A stretch of DNA of 64,000 nt, from the NCBI GenBank assembly GCA_041663005.1, contig JBAZRK010000002.1:128740-192739 (forward strand). Reading direction: 5' to 3'. Positions 27,450 through 36,509 of the stretch are shown here, piece after piece. The stretch comes from Minisyncoccota bacterium (GTDB lineage: Bacteria; Patescibacteriota; Minisyncoccia; Phycocordibacterales; UBA9973). The position numbers were made by a program, and so were the translations under genes. The number at the start of each line of letters is the position of its first letter. The stretch's first letter is position 1. A model generated the notes under the pieces. That model had not been told where the DNA came from. It made no database searches and saw only the letters and a list, made by a program, of their open reading frames with translations.

Positions 27450-28757
27450 CTAATTACGTAATATATTACGTAACTTTTCCAATAATTTTATGCTTGAAGT
27501 TAATGCACCTTCGGTTGAGGGATTTTCAAGGTAGTCGCCGCAGAAATACACATGGTTTTTGGAATCATCGGGCCGGTTAAGAAATTTTGTTACTGATTTT
27601 GTAAACCCTGGATAAATAATAGGAGTCGCAGATTCCCACGTTCTCATTTCCAGAATATCTAAATCCTCTATATCTGGGAATTCTTCTTTTAGTAAATACA
27701 AAATATTATCAGAATTAAAATTACCTGTTTTGATCAAAGATTTGTAAGTATTTGCACGCAAAGAAGCAATGAACGTTACTCTACCCGAGGCGTCCTTTTT
27801 TGATCCCACCTTACCCAATGCCGTAAAGTTTGATTTCTCGGCGGGCAGGAATTCTATGACCTTAAATCTAGGAAATAAATCGGTTTTACCCTCACACAAT
27901 ATTTGAACCGTGCTGGCATATCTTATACTTGAGAAAAATGTTTTTTCCTCCGGCGATGGGGTTTTTAGGATGTCGAGAACATAAACTCCAGGTATCGCAA
28001 TTATTGCATTTTTTGCCTCATGCATTTTTATTTGCTTGTTGTTTATTGCAGTGATAAAAACACCATCGCGTGTTTGTTTTACCGACGTTACTTTTGTGTT
28101 TAATTCGACTGGAACTTCCGCTGCCATTTTTTGACACAATTGGCCTACCCCTTCTCTAAAAGTGAAAGTCTTAATCTTTACCAATTTTAACAACACAGAG
28201 TAAAAGGCGAGTCGAGAGAAATCTTTTGTTGGATAAAAAAGAACATTTTGATTAAAAAGCTCTACGACATGGTCATACCCTTCATGCCCAGCAAAATCTC
28301 GAAAATCATCGCGGATGCTTTTGTCGTCCAACTGTAAAGCGTCTTCAAGTTTGTAAAAATCTATTTTTCTATACTGAATCAAACGTACCAGCGTGGCAAA
28401 ACAAAGTTGCAGCTTGGCTTTAAAGGATATACCGTTGTAGAGAAATGCGCCCGCAAATCTTTTTTGACCATCAAAAGGGTAAAGTTTGCCGTTTTTAACT
28501 ATAGCTGCTTGCTTTAGATTTATAGGCACGAGTTCCACCCCTAATTCCTTTGCAAGGGGTAACATATACTTATATAAATTTGCTATGAATTTAGCCCCGA
28601 AATCTACCGGCTGGCCGTTTACAAAATTAGTAGACATCCTACCGCCAAAATAGGATTCCTGTTCTAAAACCAGCACCTTTTTACCTCGCTGTTTAAGCCT
28701 GTAAGCTGTGTGGAGACCGGCTATGCCAGAACCTATGATAATATAATCAAATTGCAT
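27450..28757 (-). CDS. FAD-dependent oxidoreductase of the amine oxidase / phytoene desaturase (CrtI) / protoporphyrinogen oxidase superfamily
   Basis: 435 aa. N-terminal dinucleotide fold IIIGSGIAGLHTAYRL...VLVLE...GGR. C-terminal FCGDY...EGALTSS FAD motif. Confidence 0.6.
   Translation of the reverse strand: MQFDYIIIGSGIAGLHTAYRLKQRGKKVLVLEQESYFGGRMSTNFVNGQPVDFGAKFIANLYKYMLPLAKELGVELVPINLKQAAIVKNGKLYPFDGQKRFAGAFLYNGISFKAKLQLCFATLVRLIQYRKIDFYKLEDALQLDDKSIRDDFRDFAGHEGYDHVVELFNQNVLFYPTKDFSRLAFYSVLLKLVKIKTFTFREGVGQLCQKMAAEVPVELNTKVTSVKQTRDGVFITAINNKQIKMHEAKNAIIAIPGVYVLDILKTPSPEEKTFFSSIRYASTVQILCEGKTDLFPRFKVIEFLPAEKSNFTALGKVGSKKDASGRVTFIASLRANTYKSLIKTGNFNSDNILYLLKEEFPDIEDLDILEMRTWESATPIIYPGFTKSVTKFLNRPDDSKNHVYFCGDYLENPSTEGALTSSIKLLEKLRNILRN
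27454..27473. repeat. perfect palindrome TTACGTAATATATTACGTAA (left copy of an island-flanking 18-bp repeat)
   Basis: Shares the identical 18-nt core TACGTAATATATTACGTA with the palindrome at 31605-31626. Overlaps the stop codon of the CrtI-like gene. Confidence 0.7.
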
Positions 28758-28850
28758 TTTACTCTATTATTTTTCTCTCGACCCTTTTAATGCCGGGCAG
28801 AAAAAGGAATCGGATAATTTTTTGCAGAATTTTTTCCATGACAATATCTA

Positions 28851-29645
28851 TTATGGCAATTTGTGCTCGATACTAAATTCGTATAAAACAACTACACAGG
28901 GGGCACTCAAGATCACTATGAATAAAAATTCTTCCAAAGGAAATGGATAAGGAACGTAACCCATAAACCCTAAATATTTTCCTGGAAAGTCCCAGTGGTG
29001 CAAGAAGTTGCCTGTCATTTCAAACAATAAAAGCAAAAATGCCATGAAGGATGCAGGAATAAGCATACTTTTAGACAGGTATTTGTATTTCCACAAAGCA
29101 ACACCTAGAAACATTATAGCAAACAGACACATGTAGAAATAAGGGTATGCTAAATTTAGGCTAATAACCATTAACAATAAAAGTATGGCCAGAGATAAAA
29201 TTGGTAAGATAAAAAATCTTAACCTTAAACGCACGGGCGATTTGGGTAAAGCTAGCGTGTGATAAAGCATCACTGTTACATAACAATAAAGAAGAACCCA
29301 TATTATATCGTCTACAGGCAGAGATCCGCTCAGTAGTCGGAAAGGGAATATCGTGTTTGGTATATACCAAACTTTGTATATAAAGGCATAATAATCTACA
29401 GGCAAAAGAATTGGCACCATCGCAAATGCAGAAAACAAAAGAGAGGAGGATATGTTTTCAGGGCGACGGAATGATAGTATGAATGCCAAAGGAACAAAAA
29501 ATAAAAGGGTTGATATGAGGTAATTAGCACTCAAAAAAATCGAAACAGTTGCGGCTCCAATAGGGAATAGCAGGAAAACAAAATTCATACTTTCTATATG
29601 ATACAATAACGTAGTGACTAAGCAAAGCTTGGATCTTAAAGACAA
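28851..29645 (-). CDS. lycopene cyclase domain-containing membrane protein (CrtYcd-like)
   Basis: Polytopic membrane protein. The hPLEE motif (YPFPLEEFLF) is typical of lycopene-cyclase-domain proteins. True start is probably the internal ATG at 29588 (MNFVFLLFPIG). Confidence 0.5.
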   Translation of the reverse strand: MSLRSKLCLVTTLLYHIESMNFVFLLFPIGAATVSIFLSANYLISTLLFFVPLAFILSFRRPENISSSLLFSAFAMVPILLPVDYYAFIYKVWYIPNTIFPFRLLSGSLPVDDIIWVLLYCYVTVMLYHTLALPKSPVRLRLRFFILPILSLAILLLLMVISLNLAYPYFYMCLFAIMFLGVALWKYKYLSKSMLIPASFMAFLLLLFEMTGNFLHHWDFPGKYLGFMGYVPYPFPLEEFLFIVILSAPCVVVLYEFSIEHKLP

Positions 29646-29646
29646 A

Positions 29647-30312
29647 ATGATTTATGCCCACAAGGGCTATTTTGACAGGGAGTCGGTAAAACATTACCGC
29701 GAAAATTCAGTAGAGGTTTGTAAAATTGCCAGTACGAAAGATTATATAAAAGCCATAGAAGTTGACGTGCGAAAATCCAGCGACGGCATTTTATATTGCT
29801 ACCATGGTAATTTTTGGCAGTATATTTTCTTACTAAAAATTCCACAAACCTTCACTACGCTCCAGAAAAAATACCATGTCGCAACTCTCAAAGATATTTT
29901 AAGCGTTATTTCTTCAGACAAAATTATCGCGCTCGATATCAAAGATACCAAAATAACTAAGGCAGATATTTTGAATGCTTTTGCGGGCAAAAAATTCAAG
30001 GAAGTAGTCATAATTAATAAATCTACTGCTTATCTGGAGCGTTTTGATAATATGTCCAAAGAGTTTGTAAAAATGTTGAACGTGAATGTGTTTCCCGCTT
30101 TTTGCAATCTGGAAAAACTGAAAGGCGATAACTTTAAGTATTTCGAAATCCTTTTTCCTTTCCTGGCAACCAAAAAGATTTTACAAAAAATAAAAGATAG
30201 CGGCCTGGAATGGACAGGTTTTCCTGCAATTATTTTCACGAGCGAGGAAAGTTATCGAGAATGCGTAGAGAAATATAAAATTCCCTACCTACCCGCCCAC
30301 TTATTTTATTGA
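29647..30312 (+). CDS. glycerophosphodiester phosphodiesterase-family (GDPD/PI-PLC-like) protein
   Basis: AHKG...ENS...IEVDVRKSSDGILYCYHG parallels the GDPD H-R-G / E-N-T / IE-D-V...DG...HD signature. Start set at the internal ATG at 29647 (MIYAHKG) rather than the longer ORF from 29614. Confidence 0.45.
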   Translation: MIYAHKGYFDRESVKHYRENSVEVCKIASTKDYIKAIEVDVRKSSDGILYCYHGNFWQYIFLLKIPQTFTTLQKKYHVATLKDILSVISSDKIIALDIKDTKITKADILNAFAGKKFKEVVIINKSTAYLERFDNMSKEFVKMLNVNVFPAFCNLEKLKGDNFKYFEILFPFLATKKILQKIKDSGLEWTGFPAIIFTSEESYRECVEKYKIPYLPAHLFY

Positions 30313-30315
30313 CCG

Positions 30316-31134
30316 ATGAAGTTAAAAATTTTTACAGCGAACATAGCATTTGGGCTCAAGGGAATGGACAATCTTTTAGTAAATACTATTGGGCATTTGG
30401 TATTTCACGGCTGGTCCATGATAGCTTTATTTTTAAATCCTACCTCTTTTAAAAATCGCAAAAAAACGCTGAACCCCCGAAGAATCTCGTACATAAAAAA
30501 GCACAGTAGCCTTGCGTCGATACTGGAAGTAATAAAAAAAGAAAAACCGGACATTTTGATGTTAAATGAGTTAATAAAGCAAATCCAATGTAGTGAAATC
30601 GAAAAAGAGCTGTCTGCTTTAGGGTATTCTTCAATTTATTTCGGTTATTCGGCACACCATGATGACGCCACGGTTTCTTCTCTCGTTGCATCTAAAATAA
30701 AAGGAGAAAAATTGGCGATAGAATTTACCGAAGGGGCTCATGCGGGTGGCGGGGGAGGTATTGTCGGGCTAAGGCTTGTGCAGTCAAACATAACCGTGGT
30801 AGGAGTACATATGTGTACGCCTAAATTTCCATGGTTATATGACGCGCAAATTGCAGATATAGTAAAATTTTTAGAGACCGAAAAATTACTTGGGCGGGAA
30901 GTTATAATTGCAGGGGATTGGAATGCGTCAACACTTTTTCTTAAAAAATACCCCGCATTTTCAAAACTGAATCTTATAAATAGCGAAGGGGATATGCTTA
31001 CTTGTCCTACGTTTTTACCAAAGCTCGAGCCCCTAGACCATATCTTTGTCCCGCAGAATTTTAAAACTATAAATTCCAAAACGATCGCTTTCGGTTCGGA
31101 CCATTTGGCTGTAAGTGTTGAAGTGGGAAAATAA
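30316..31134 (+). CDS. endonuclease/exonuclease/phosphatase (EEP) family protein
   Basis: IIAGDWNAS and GSDHLAVSVEV motifs typical of EEP/sphingomyelinase-like phosphoesterases. Confidence 0.6.
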   Translation: MKLKIFTANIAFGLKGMDNLLVNTIGHLVFHGWSMIALFLNPTSFKNRKKTLNPRRISYIKKHSSLASILEVIKKEKPDILMLNELIKQIQCSEIEKELSALGYSSIYFGYSAHHDDATVSSLVASKIKGEKLAIEFTEGAHAGGGGGIVGLRLVQSNITVVGVHMCTPKFPWLYDAQIADIVKFLETEKLLGREVIIAGDWNASTLFLKKYPAFSKLNLINSEGDMLTCPTFLPKLEPLDHIFVPQNFKTINSKTIAFGSDHLAVSVEVGK

Positions 31135-31613
31135 TATAATGGAAGACTTACCAATAAAAATAAACAACGACAAATATCAAGTTTTTCTTTTTACTAGCAG
31201 ATGTCCACTGCCCATCCCCTTCGCTTCCCACCTGTGGTTTGTCATAAATAAAAAAGGAGCGCTATATAGATATGAAGTTACTAATCATAAAAATCCGAAA
31301 GGCGTAAAACATTGGGGGCACATAGCTTTAAATTTCCTACCCTTTTTTTTCTGGAATGAGTGTAATTCCTTACTATAAAAAAATTTGTTTCAAGGCGAAA
31401 CTTTTAAGTCAAATCGAAGGCGACGAAAAAAGCATAGCCAGGTTAATGGCGGATTTTATAGAAAATTCTCCGAATACGTATGCCCACCGCGATGTTTATC
31501 ATTTTGTTGGACCCAACAGCAATACTTACGCAGCTTGGGTTCTGCGCAATTTTCCGGAGTTTAAAGCCGCATTGCCCAGGAATGCTTTCGGAAAAAATTA
31601 CAAATGTACGTAA
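31115..31613 (+). CDS. two overlapping small ORFs (87 and 85 aa) of unknown function, possibly one gene split by a frameshift
   Basis: ORFs 31115-31378 and 31356-31613 overlap by 23 nt in different frames. No motif recognized. Confidence 0.25.
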
Positions 31614-31626
31614 TATATTACGTACA
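31605..31626. repeat. perfect 22-nt palindrome TGTACGTAATATATTACGTACA (right copy of the island-flanking repeat)
   Basis: Identical 18-nt core to the 27454-27473 palindrome. Overlaps the stop of the preceding ORF and lies about 45 nt upstream of uvrA. Confidence 0.7.
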
Positions 31627-31713
31627 TTGAAAGAGGACTCAAATGTGATAGAATAGCCCTATACACCCCCTATGGATGAGGCGGGGTGGATTTGTGTTAT
31701 ACGGCACAATTTT

Positions 31714-34380
31714 ATGAAAACCGATAAAAATATAGACCCTCCTTCGCGTAAAGCTACGGACGGGCAAAGCAAAATAATAGTTAAGGGTGCTAGGACGCAC
31801 AACTTAAAGAATATAAGCGTAGAAATGCCTCGCAATAAAATGGTGGTAATTACCGGTGTTTCGGGGTCTGGAAAGTCATCTCTTGCCTTCGACACTATCT
31901 TCGCCGAAGGGCAGAGGAGGTATGTGGAATCCCTCTCTTCTTATGCGCGGCAATTTTTGAACCAAATGCCCAAGCCGGATGTGGACGAAATTTCCGGCCT
32001 GTCGCCCGCGATCTCCATCGACCAAAAATCACGCTCCAACAATCCGCGTTCTACGGTGGCAACCATCACGGAGATTTATGACTACCTCCGCGTCATGTAC
32101 GCCCGCATCGGGCACCCACATTGTCCGCAATGTGGAGAAGAGATTAAAAAACTTTCCAACGAAGAAATTTTAAATTTTGTTATTGGGAAAGTTTTTTCGA
32201 GGTCGGACCTCAAGAATTCCCGAGGTCCGACCTCTAGGCGGAAGGTGATGGGCGTGGAGTGGGACGAGACCGAGATAAGTATTTTCTCTCCGGTGGTGAG
32301 GGGCAGAAAGGGGGAGTACTACCAGCTCCTGTACGATTTACTTGGAAAAGGTTTCGCCGAAATACGCCTCGACGGAGCTGCGAAGAAGCTCCGTGAACAG
32401 ATTACGCTTTCTAAAAACAAGGCCCACAACATCGACATCCTGATAGACCGTTTCGCTGTTCACGAATTTACCGACGACAAAGACGCGAGCCGAATGCGCT
32501 TGGCAGAAGCCATTGAGCGCGCCTTGATAGAGTCAGATAGTTTGGTAACTATTAAAATTGGCGAGGAGGAATTTATTATGTCAGCGAAGTTTGCCTGTAA
32601 GAACGATGGATTTTCTTTCCCCGAAGTTGAGCCCAGGCTTTTCTCCTTCAATTCTCCATACGGAGCCTGCCCGGTATGTAACGGCTTAGGGTCCAAATAT
32701 TTTATGGGTGACGAACCTTGTGACGCTTGTCATGGCGCGCGATTGCGGCCCGAAGCGCTGAATGTTTTCTTGAGGTCGGACCTCAAGAATTCCCGAGGCC
32801 CGACCTCGAAGAGCGGACTAAACATACTTGATATTTCATCACTTTCTATTAAGGACGCCCACGACTTCTTCAAGAATTTGAAACTCTCGGAGCAAGAGAA
32901 AGAAATTTCTGTACCAGTAGTGCGCGAGATAGAAGCGCGGTTACAGTTTATGCTCGATGTGGGCCTCGACTACCTCCAGCTTTCAAGAAAAGCCAATACT
33001 CTCTCGGGCGGAGAAGCACAACGAATAAGGCTTGCTTCCCAGCTGGGCTCACGTCTTGTCGGAGCGTTGTATGTGCTAGATGAACCCACGATTGGTCTCC
33101 ACCAGCGCGACAATGACCGACTGATAAAAACTTTGCAAAATTTGCGCGATCTAGGGAATACCATACTTATAGTGGAACACGACGAGGACACTATTTACGC
33201 CTCGGACTACATTGTCGACATAGGGCCAAAGGCCGGAGTTCACGGGGGCGAAGTAATTGTGTCCGGATATTTAGAAGACTTACTTACCGCAAAGAAGAAT
33301 CCTAATAATTCTCGTACCCTCGCCTACCTCCGCGAGGAAACTCGGATTGAAATTCCTAAAAAGCGCCGCGAGGCTAAAGGGGTACTGCGAATTGCCGGAG
33401 GGAAAATATTTAATATAAAAAATATGAACGTGGAGGTGCCGCTCGGTGTTATGACCTCGATTACCGGCGTGTCTGGGTCTGGTAAAAGTTCTCTTATGTA
33501 CGAGATTCTCTATAAGAACTTGCAGGCGAGGTACGAAAGGAAATATCGCACAGCGAAAATATTTAATGCCACATCTTTTTCGGGTACAGAATACCTCTCC
33601 CGCGCGATATTAATTGATCAGTCGCCCATAGGCAGAACTCCGCGTTCAAACATTGCCACTTATACGGGCTCCTTTACCCACATCCGTGACCTTTTCGCAC
33701 TAACAGAAGAGGCGCGCTTGCGGGGCTGGAAGGCTAACAGATTTTCTTTCAACGTGAAGGGCGGACGCTGCGAAGCTTGTGAAGGCAACGGTGAAATAGC
33801 CGTGGAAATGCATTTCTTGCCGACAGTGTATGTTACCTGTGATGTGTGTAATGGTAAACGTTTCGACAAAGAAACCCTCACCGTAAAATACAAAAAGAAA
33901 AATATTCACGAAGTACTGCGAATGACCGTGGAAGAGGGATTGAAATTTTTCAAAGATATTCCCGCGATTTCCGACAGGTTGCAAACTCTTATGGATGTAG
34001 GGCTTGGATATTTGGAATTGGGACAATCAGCTACAACTCTTTCGGGAGGGGAAGCGCAACGAGTAAAAATTTCGAGCGAACTGTACCGTCCACACTTAGA
34101 GAAAACAATTTATCTTTTGGATGAGCCTACCGTGGGGCTGCATTACGATGACGTCCACAAGCTGCTCGAGGTATTAAGCAAGCTCGTGTCCAAAGGTAAC
34201 ACCGTGGTCCTAATTGAGCACAACCTTGATATTATAAAAAGCTCGGACTACATTATAGACATAGGTCCTGAGGGGGGAGTAAACGGCGGGAACATAGTTG
34301 CTAAAGGTACTCCGGAAGAAGTGGCCAATAATACTAAAAGTTATACCGGTAAATATTTAAAAAAGGTTCTACGAAAATAA
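31714..34380 (+). CDS. uvrA: excinuclease ABC subunit A
   Basis: Two ABC ATPase modules (GVSGSGKSSLA; GVSGSGKSSLMY; LSGGE signatures). Zn-finger Cys clusters. Start set at MKTDKN (31714) rather than the upstream extended ORF. Confidence 0.95.
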   Translation: MKTDKNIDPPSRKATDGQSKIIVKGARTHNLKNISVEMPRNKMVVITGVSGSGKSSLAFDTIFAEGQRRYVESLSSYARQFLNQMPKPDVDEISGLSPAISIDQKSRSNNPRSTVATITEIYDYLRVMYARIGHPHCPQCGEEIKKLSNEEILNFVIGKVFSRSDLKNSRGPTSRRKVMGVEWDETEISIFSPVVRGRKGEYYQLLYDLLGKGFAEIRLDGAAKKLREQITLSKNKAHNIDILIDRFAVHEFTDDKDASRMRLAEAIERALIESDSLVTIKIGEEEFIMSAKFACKNDGFSFPEVEPRLFSFNSPYGACPVCNGLGSKYFMGDEPCDACHGARLRPEALNVFLRSDLKNSRGPTSKSGLNILDISSLSIKDAHDFFKNLKLSEQEKEISVPVVREIEARLQFMLDVGLDYLQLSRKANTLSGGEAQRIRLASQLGSRLVGALYVLDEPTIGLHQRDNDRLIKTLQNLRDLGNTILIVEHDEDTIYASDYIVDIGPKAGVHGGEVIVSGYLEDLLTAKKNPNNSRTLAYLREETRIEIPKKRREAKGVLRIAGGKIFNIKNMNVEVPLGVMTSITGVSGSGKSSLMYEILYKNLQARYERKYRTAKIFNATSFSGTEYLSRAILIDQSPIGRTPRSNIATYTGSFTHIRDLFALTEEARLRGWKANRFSFNVKGGRCEACEGNGEIAVEMHFLPTVYVTCDVCNGKRFDKETLTVKYKKKNIHEVLRMTVEEGLKFFKDIPAISDRLQTLMDVGLGYLELGQSATTLSGGEAQRVKISSELYRPHLEKTIYLLDEPTVGLHYDDVHKLLEVLSKLVSKGNTVVLIEHNLDIIKSSDYIIDIGPEGGVNGGNIVAKGTPEEVANNTKSYTGKYLKKVLRK
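32198..32234 (+). repeat. 36-nt palindromic element (GAGGTCGGACCTC-AAGAATTCCC-GAGGTCCGACCTC) inserted in frame in uvrA, copy 1
   Basis: Inverted 13-nt arms around an EcoRI-containing spacer. Translated as (S)RSDLKNSRGPTS. Confidence 0.7.
32773..32808 (+). repeat. 36-nt palindromic element, copy 2 (1 mismatch), inserted in frame in uvrA
   Basis: GAGGTCGGACCTCAAGAATTCCCGAGGCCCGACCTC. Same reading frame and same peptide (LRSDLKNSRGPTS) as copy 1, about 575 nt downstream. Confidence 0.7.
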
Positions 34381-34404
34381 TGGTTCGATAAGCTCACCAT
34401 AAAA

Positions 34405-35640
34405 ATGGAACTCAAAAATCTAAAAAAATTAAACCCCGAAGGAAAGCAGAATAAAAATATAGCTTCCTACGGGGCAGGACTTCCCAATAGTCCTGGCGTT
34501 TACTTTTTCATGAGAGGTCGGAAGATTTTATATATCGGCAAGGCGACATCCTTACGGGATAGAGTGAGGAGTTACTGGAGCAAGGATTTAATCGAGACGC
34601 GCGGGCCCATTGTGGCAGATATGGTTTTTCAAGCAGACAAGGTGGAGTGGCAGGCTACTGACACCGTTCTCGAAGCGCTTATACTCGAAGCCAATTTAAT
34701 TAAAAAGCACCAACCCCAAGCCAACACTAAGGAGAAGGATAATAAGAGTTTTAATTATGTTTGTATAACCCGAGAGAAATTACCAAGGGTTTTAGTAGTA
34801 AGAGGAAGAGTTTTGGAAAATTACAAAGGAAGTATCTTCGGCCCATACACTAACGGCAGGCAGCTAGGTGAGGCGCTAAAAATTGTGCGTCGAATATTCC
34901 CATTTATCGATGACAGCTCGAGCAAGAAACAGAATTATCAATTTTACAAGCAAATCGGACTTACCCCTGACACCAAGGCACCCAGCGAACTTTATTTAAG
35001 CAACATAAAATACCTTAAACTGTTTTTCGCCGGAAAAAAGAAATCAGTAATGCGAGAAATTAAAAAAGAGATGATGCAGAGGGCTAAAAATCGCGAATTC
35101 GAACAAGCTACCGAATTGAAAAGACAGCTTTTTGCCATACAGCACATTAATGATGTTGCACTTATAAAAGAAGAAAACCTAAACCCCTCGATTTTTAGAA
35201 TTGAGGCGTACGACATAGCGCATATGTCGGGGAAAAGTATGGTGGGTGTGATGACGGTGGTGGACGGACACGAACCGGACAAAAGCCAATATAGGAAATT
35301 TAGAATCCGCACCCAAGAAGGTGCAAACGACACCGGCGCGCTTAAGGAGGTACTCACAAGGCGCCTTGCTCACGAAGAATGGCCTTACCCGAATCTTATT
35401 GTAATGGATGGTTTCACCGCCCAAATAAATTCTGCTAAAAAAGCGCTAGGAGAAGCAGGAATGAACATACCCGTCGTCTCAGTTATTAAAGACGAACGTC
35501 ACCGCCCGAGAGGATTCGGTGGCGACAAAGAACTCGCACACAAATATGAGCGGGAAATACTTCTTGCCAACAGCGAAGCACACCGCTTCGCCATTACTTA
35601 CCATAAAAATTTACGCGGGAAAAAGTTTTTAGGTAAATAA
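34405..35640 (+). CDS. uvrC: excinuclease ABC subunit C (short form lacking the C-terminal HhH region)
   Basis: GIY-YIG domain (GVYFF...ILYIGKA...R..Y). UVR domain (REFEQATELKRQL). RNase H-like endonuclease region starting RIEAYDIAHMSG. Only 411 aa. Confidence 0.8.
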   Translation: MELKNLKKLNPEGKQNKNIASYGAGLPNSPGVYFFMRGRKILYIGKATSLRDRVRSYWSKDLIETRGPIVADMVFQADKVEWQATDTVLEALILEANLIKKHQPQANTKEKDNKSFNYVCITREKLPRVLVVRGRVLENYKGSIFGPYTNGRQLGEALKIVRRIFPFIDDSSSKKQNYQFYKQIGLTPDTKAPSELYLSNIKYLKLFFAGKKKSVMREIKKEMMQRAKNREFEQATELKRQLFAIQHINDVALIKEENLNPSIFRIEAYDIAHMSGKSMVGVMTVVDGHEPDKSQYRKFRIRTQEGANDTGALKEVLTRRLAHEEWPYPNLIVMDGFTAQINSAKKALGEAGMNIPVVSVIKDERHRPRGFGGDKELAHKYEREILLANSEAHRFAITYHKNLRGKKFLGK

Positions 35641-35721
35641 AGTATCCCCGTAGTGAATTTTGGCGACGCGCAAAGCGCAACGAAGTTATCGCCAAAATCT
35701 ACTACAGGGTATAATAAGCAT

Positions 35722-36279
35722 ATGACCAAGCAAGAGGAGCTGGAACACTTAAAGATCGAAATTGAGCAAAATAAAGCTCTGCCGCTCGATACTAATCTCG
35801 TTTTCGGGGAAGGCAATCCGGACTGCGAAATACTTTTTATCGGAGAGGCTCCTGGTATGAATGAGGACCGCGATAGGCGCCCATTCGTGGGCCGTGCTGG
35901 GCAATTATTACGCAAAAATATTCGCGACCTTGGTTGGAAGGAAGAGGATGTATATATCACTAACATAGTTAAACGCCGCCCCCCGGAAAATCGCGATCCT
36001 TTACCTGAAGAAATTGAAAGTTATAAGCCCTACTTGGCGAAGCAAATAGAAATACTCCAGCCTAAAATAATTATTCCCCTCGGGCGATTTTCTATGAACT
36101 ACTTCTTGCCCCTGGCGAAAATCACTCGCGACCAGGGCAAACTTTTCAAGACAGGGAAGTATTTCATCTTGCCGATGCTTCACCCCGCCGCGGCGTTGCG
36201 GGGCAACACGAATATGGCAATGTTCGTGGAAACGTTTAAAAAATTACCTCGAGCACTCGAGAAAGTCAAAAGTTTATGA
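35722..36279 (+). CDS. udg: uracil-DNA glycosylase, family 4
   Basis: GEAPGMNEDRDRRPFVGRAGQLL family-4 UDG motif. Start at the ATG at 35722, preceded by TATAAT. Confidence 0.8.
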   Translation: MTKQEELEHLKIEIEQNKALPLDTNLVFGEGNPDCEILFIGEAPGMNEDRDRRPFVGRAGQLLRKNIRDLGWKEEDVYITNIVKRRPPENRDPLPEEIESYKPYLAKQIEILQPKIIIPLGRFSMNYFLPLAKITRDQGKLFKTGKYFILPMLHPAAALRGNTNMAMFVETFKKLPRALEKVKSL

Positions 36280-36329
36280 AACTCATGAGTTTTACATTTT
36301 AGCTTAACAGTTGTATTATTTAAGCGATT

Positions 36330-36491
36330 ATGACACCAGAGGAACAAGCCAAAAAAATCGAGGAAATATATAATGACGCCATGCAAAAGCTGGAAAAGCT
36401 TGGTGGTGAGCGCAAAGAAATTATTCGTAGCTATATCAAAGAACTCGAAGTTCAAAAAGTTAATGCGATTCGAGCATCGTTGGGATTATAA
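36330..36491 (+). CDS. small helical hypothetical protein (about 53 aa)
   Basis: Hand translation MTPEEQAKKIEEIYNDAMQKLEKLGGERKEIIRSYIKELEVQKVNAIRASLGL. Immediately upstream of the 359-aa unknown protein. Confidence 0.3.
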   Translation: MTPEEQAKKIEEIYNDAMQKLEKLGGERKEIIRSYIKELEVQKVNAIRASLGL

Positions 36492-36509
36492 GATAACTGA
36501 GATATTTTT

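Noticed and set aside
27244-27453. 69-aa plus-strand ORF between uvrB and the island
   Set aside because: Hydrophobic low-complexity translation. Overlaps the palindrome and the IS30-like remnant region on the other strand. No start context.
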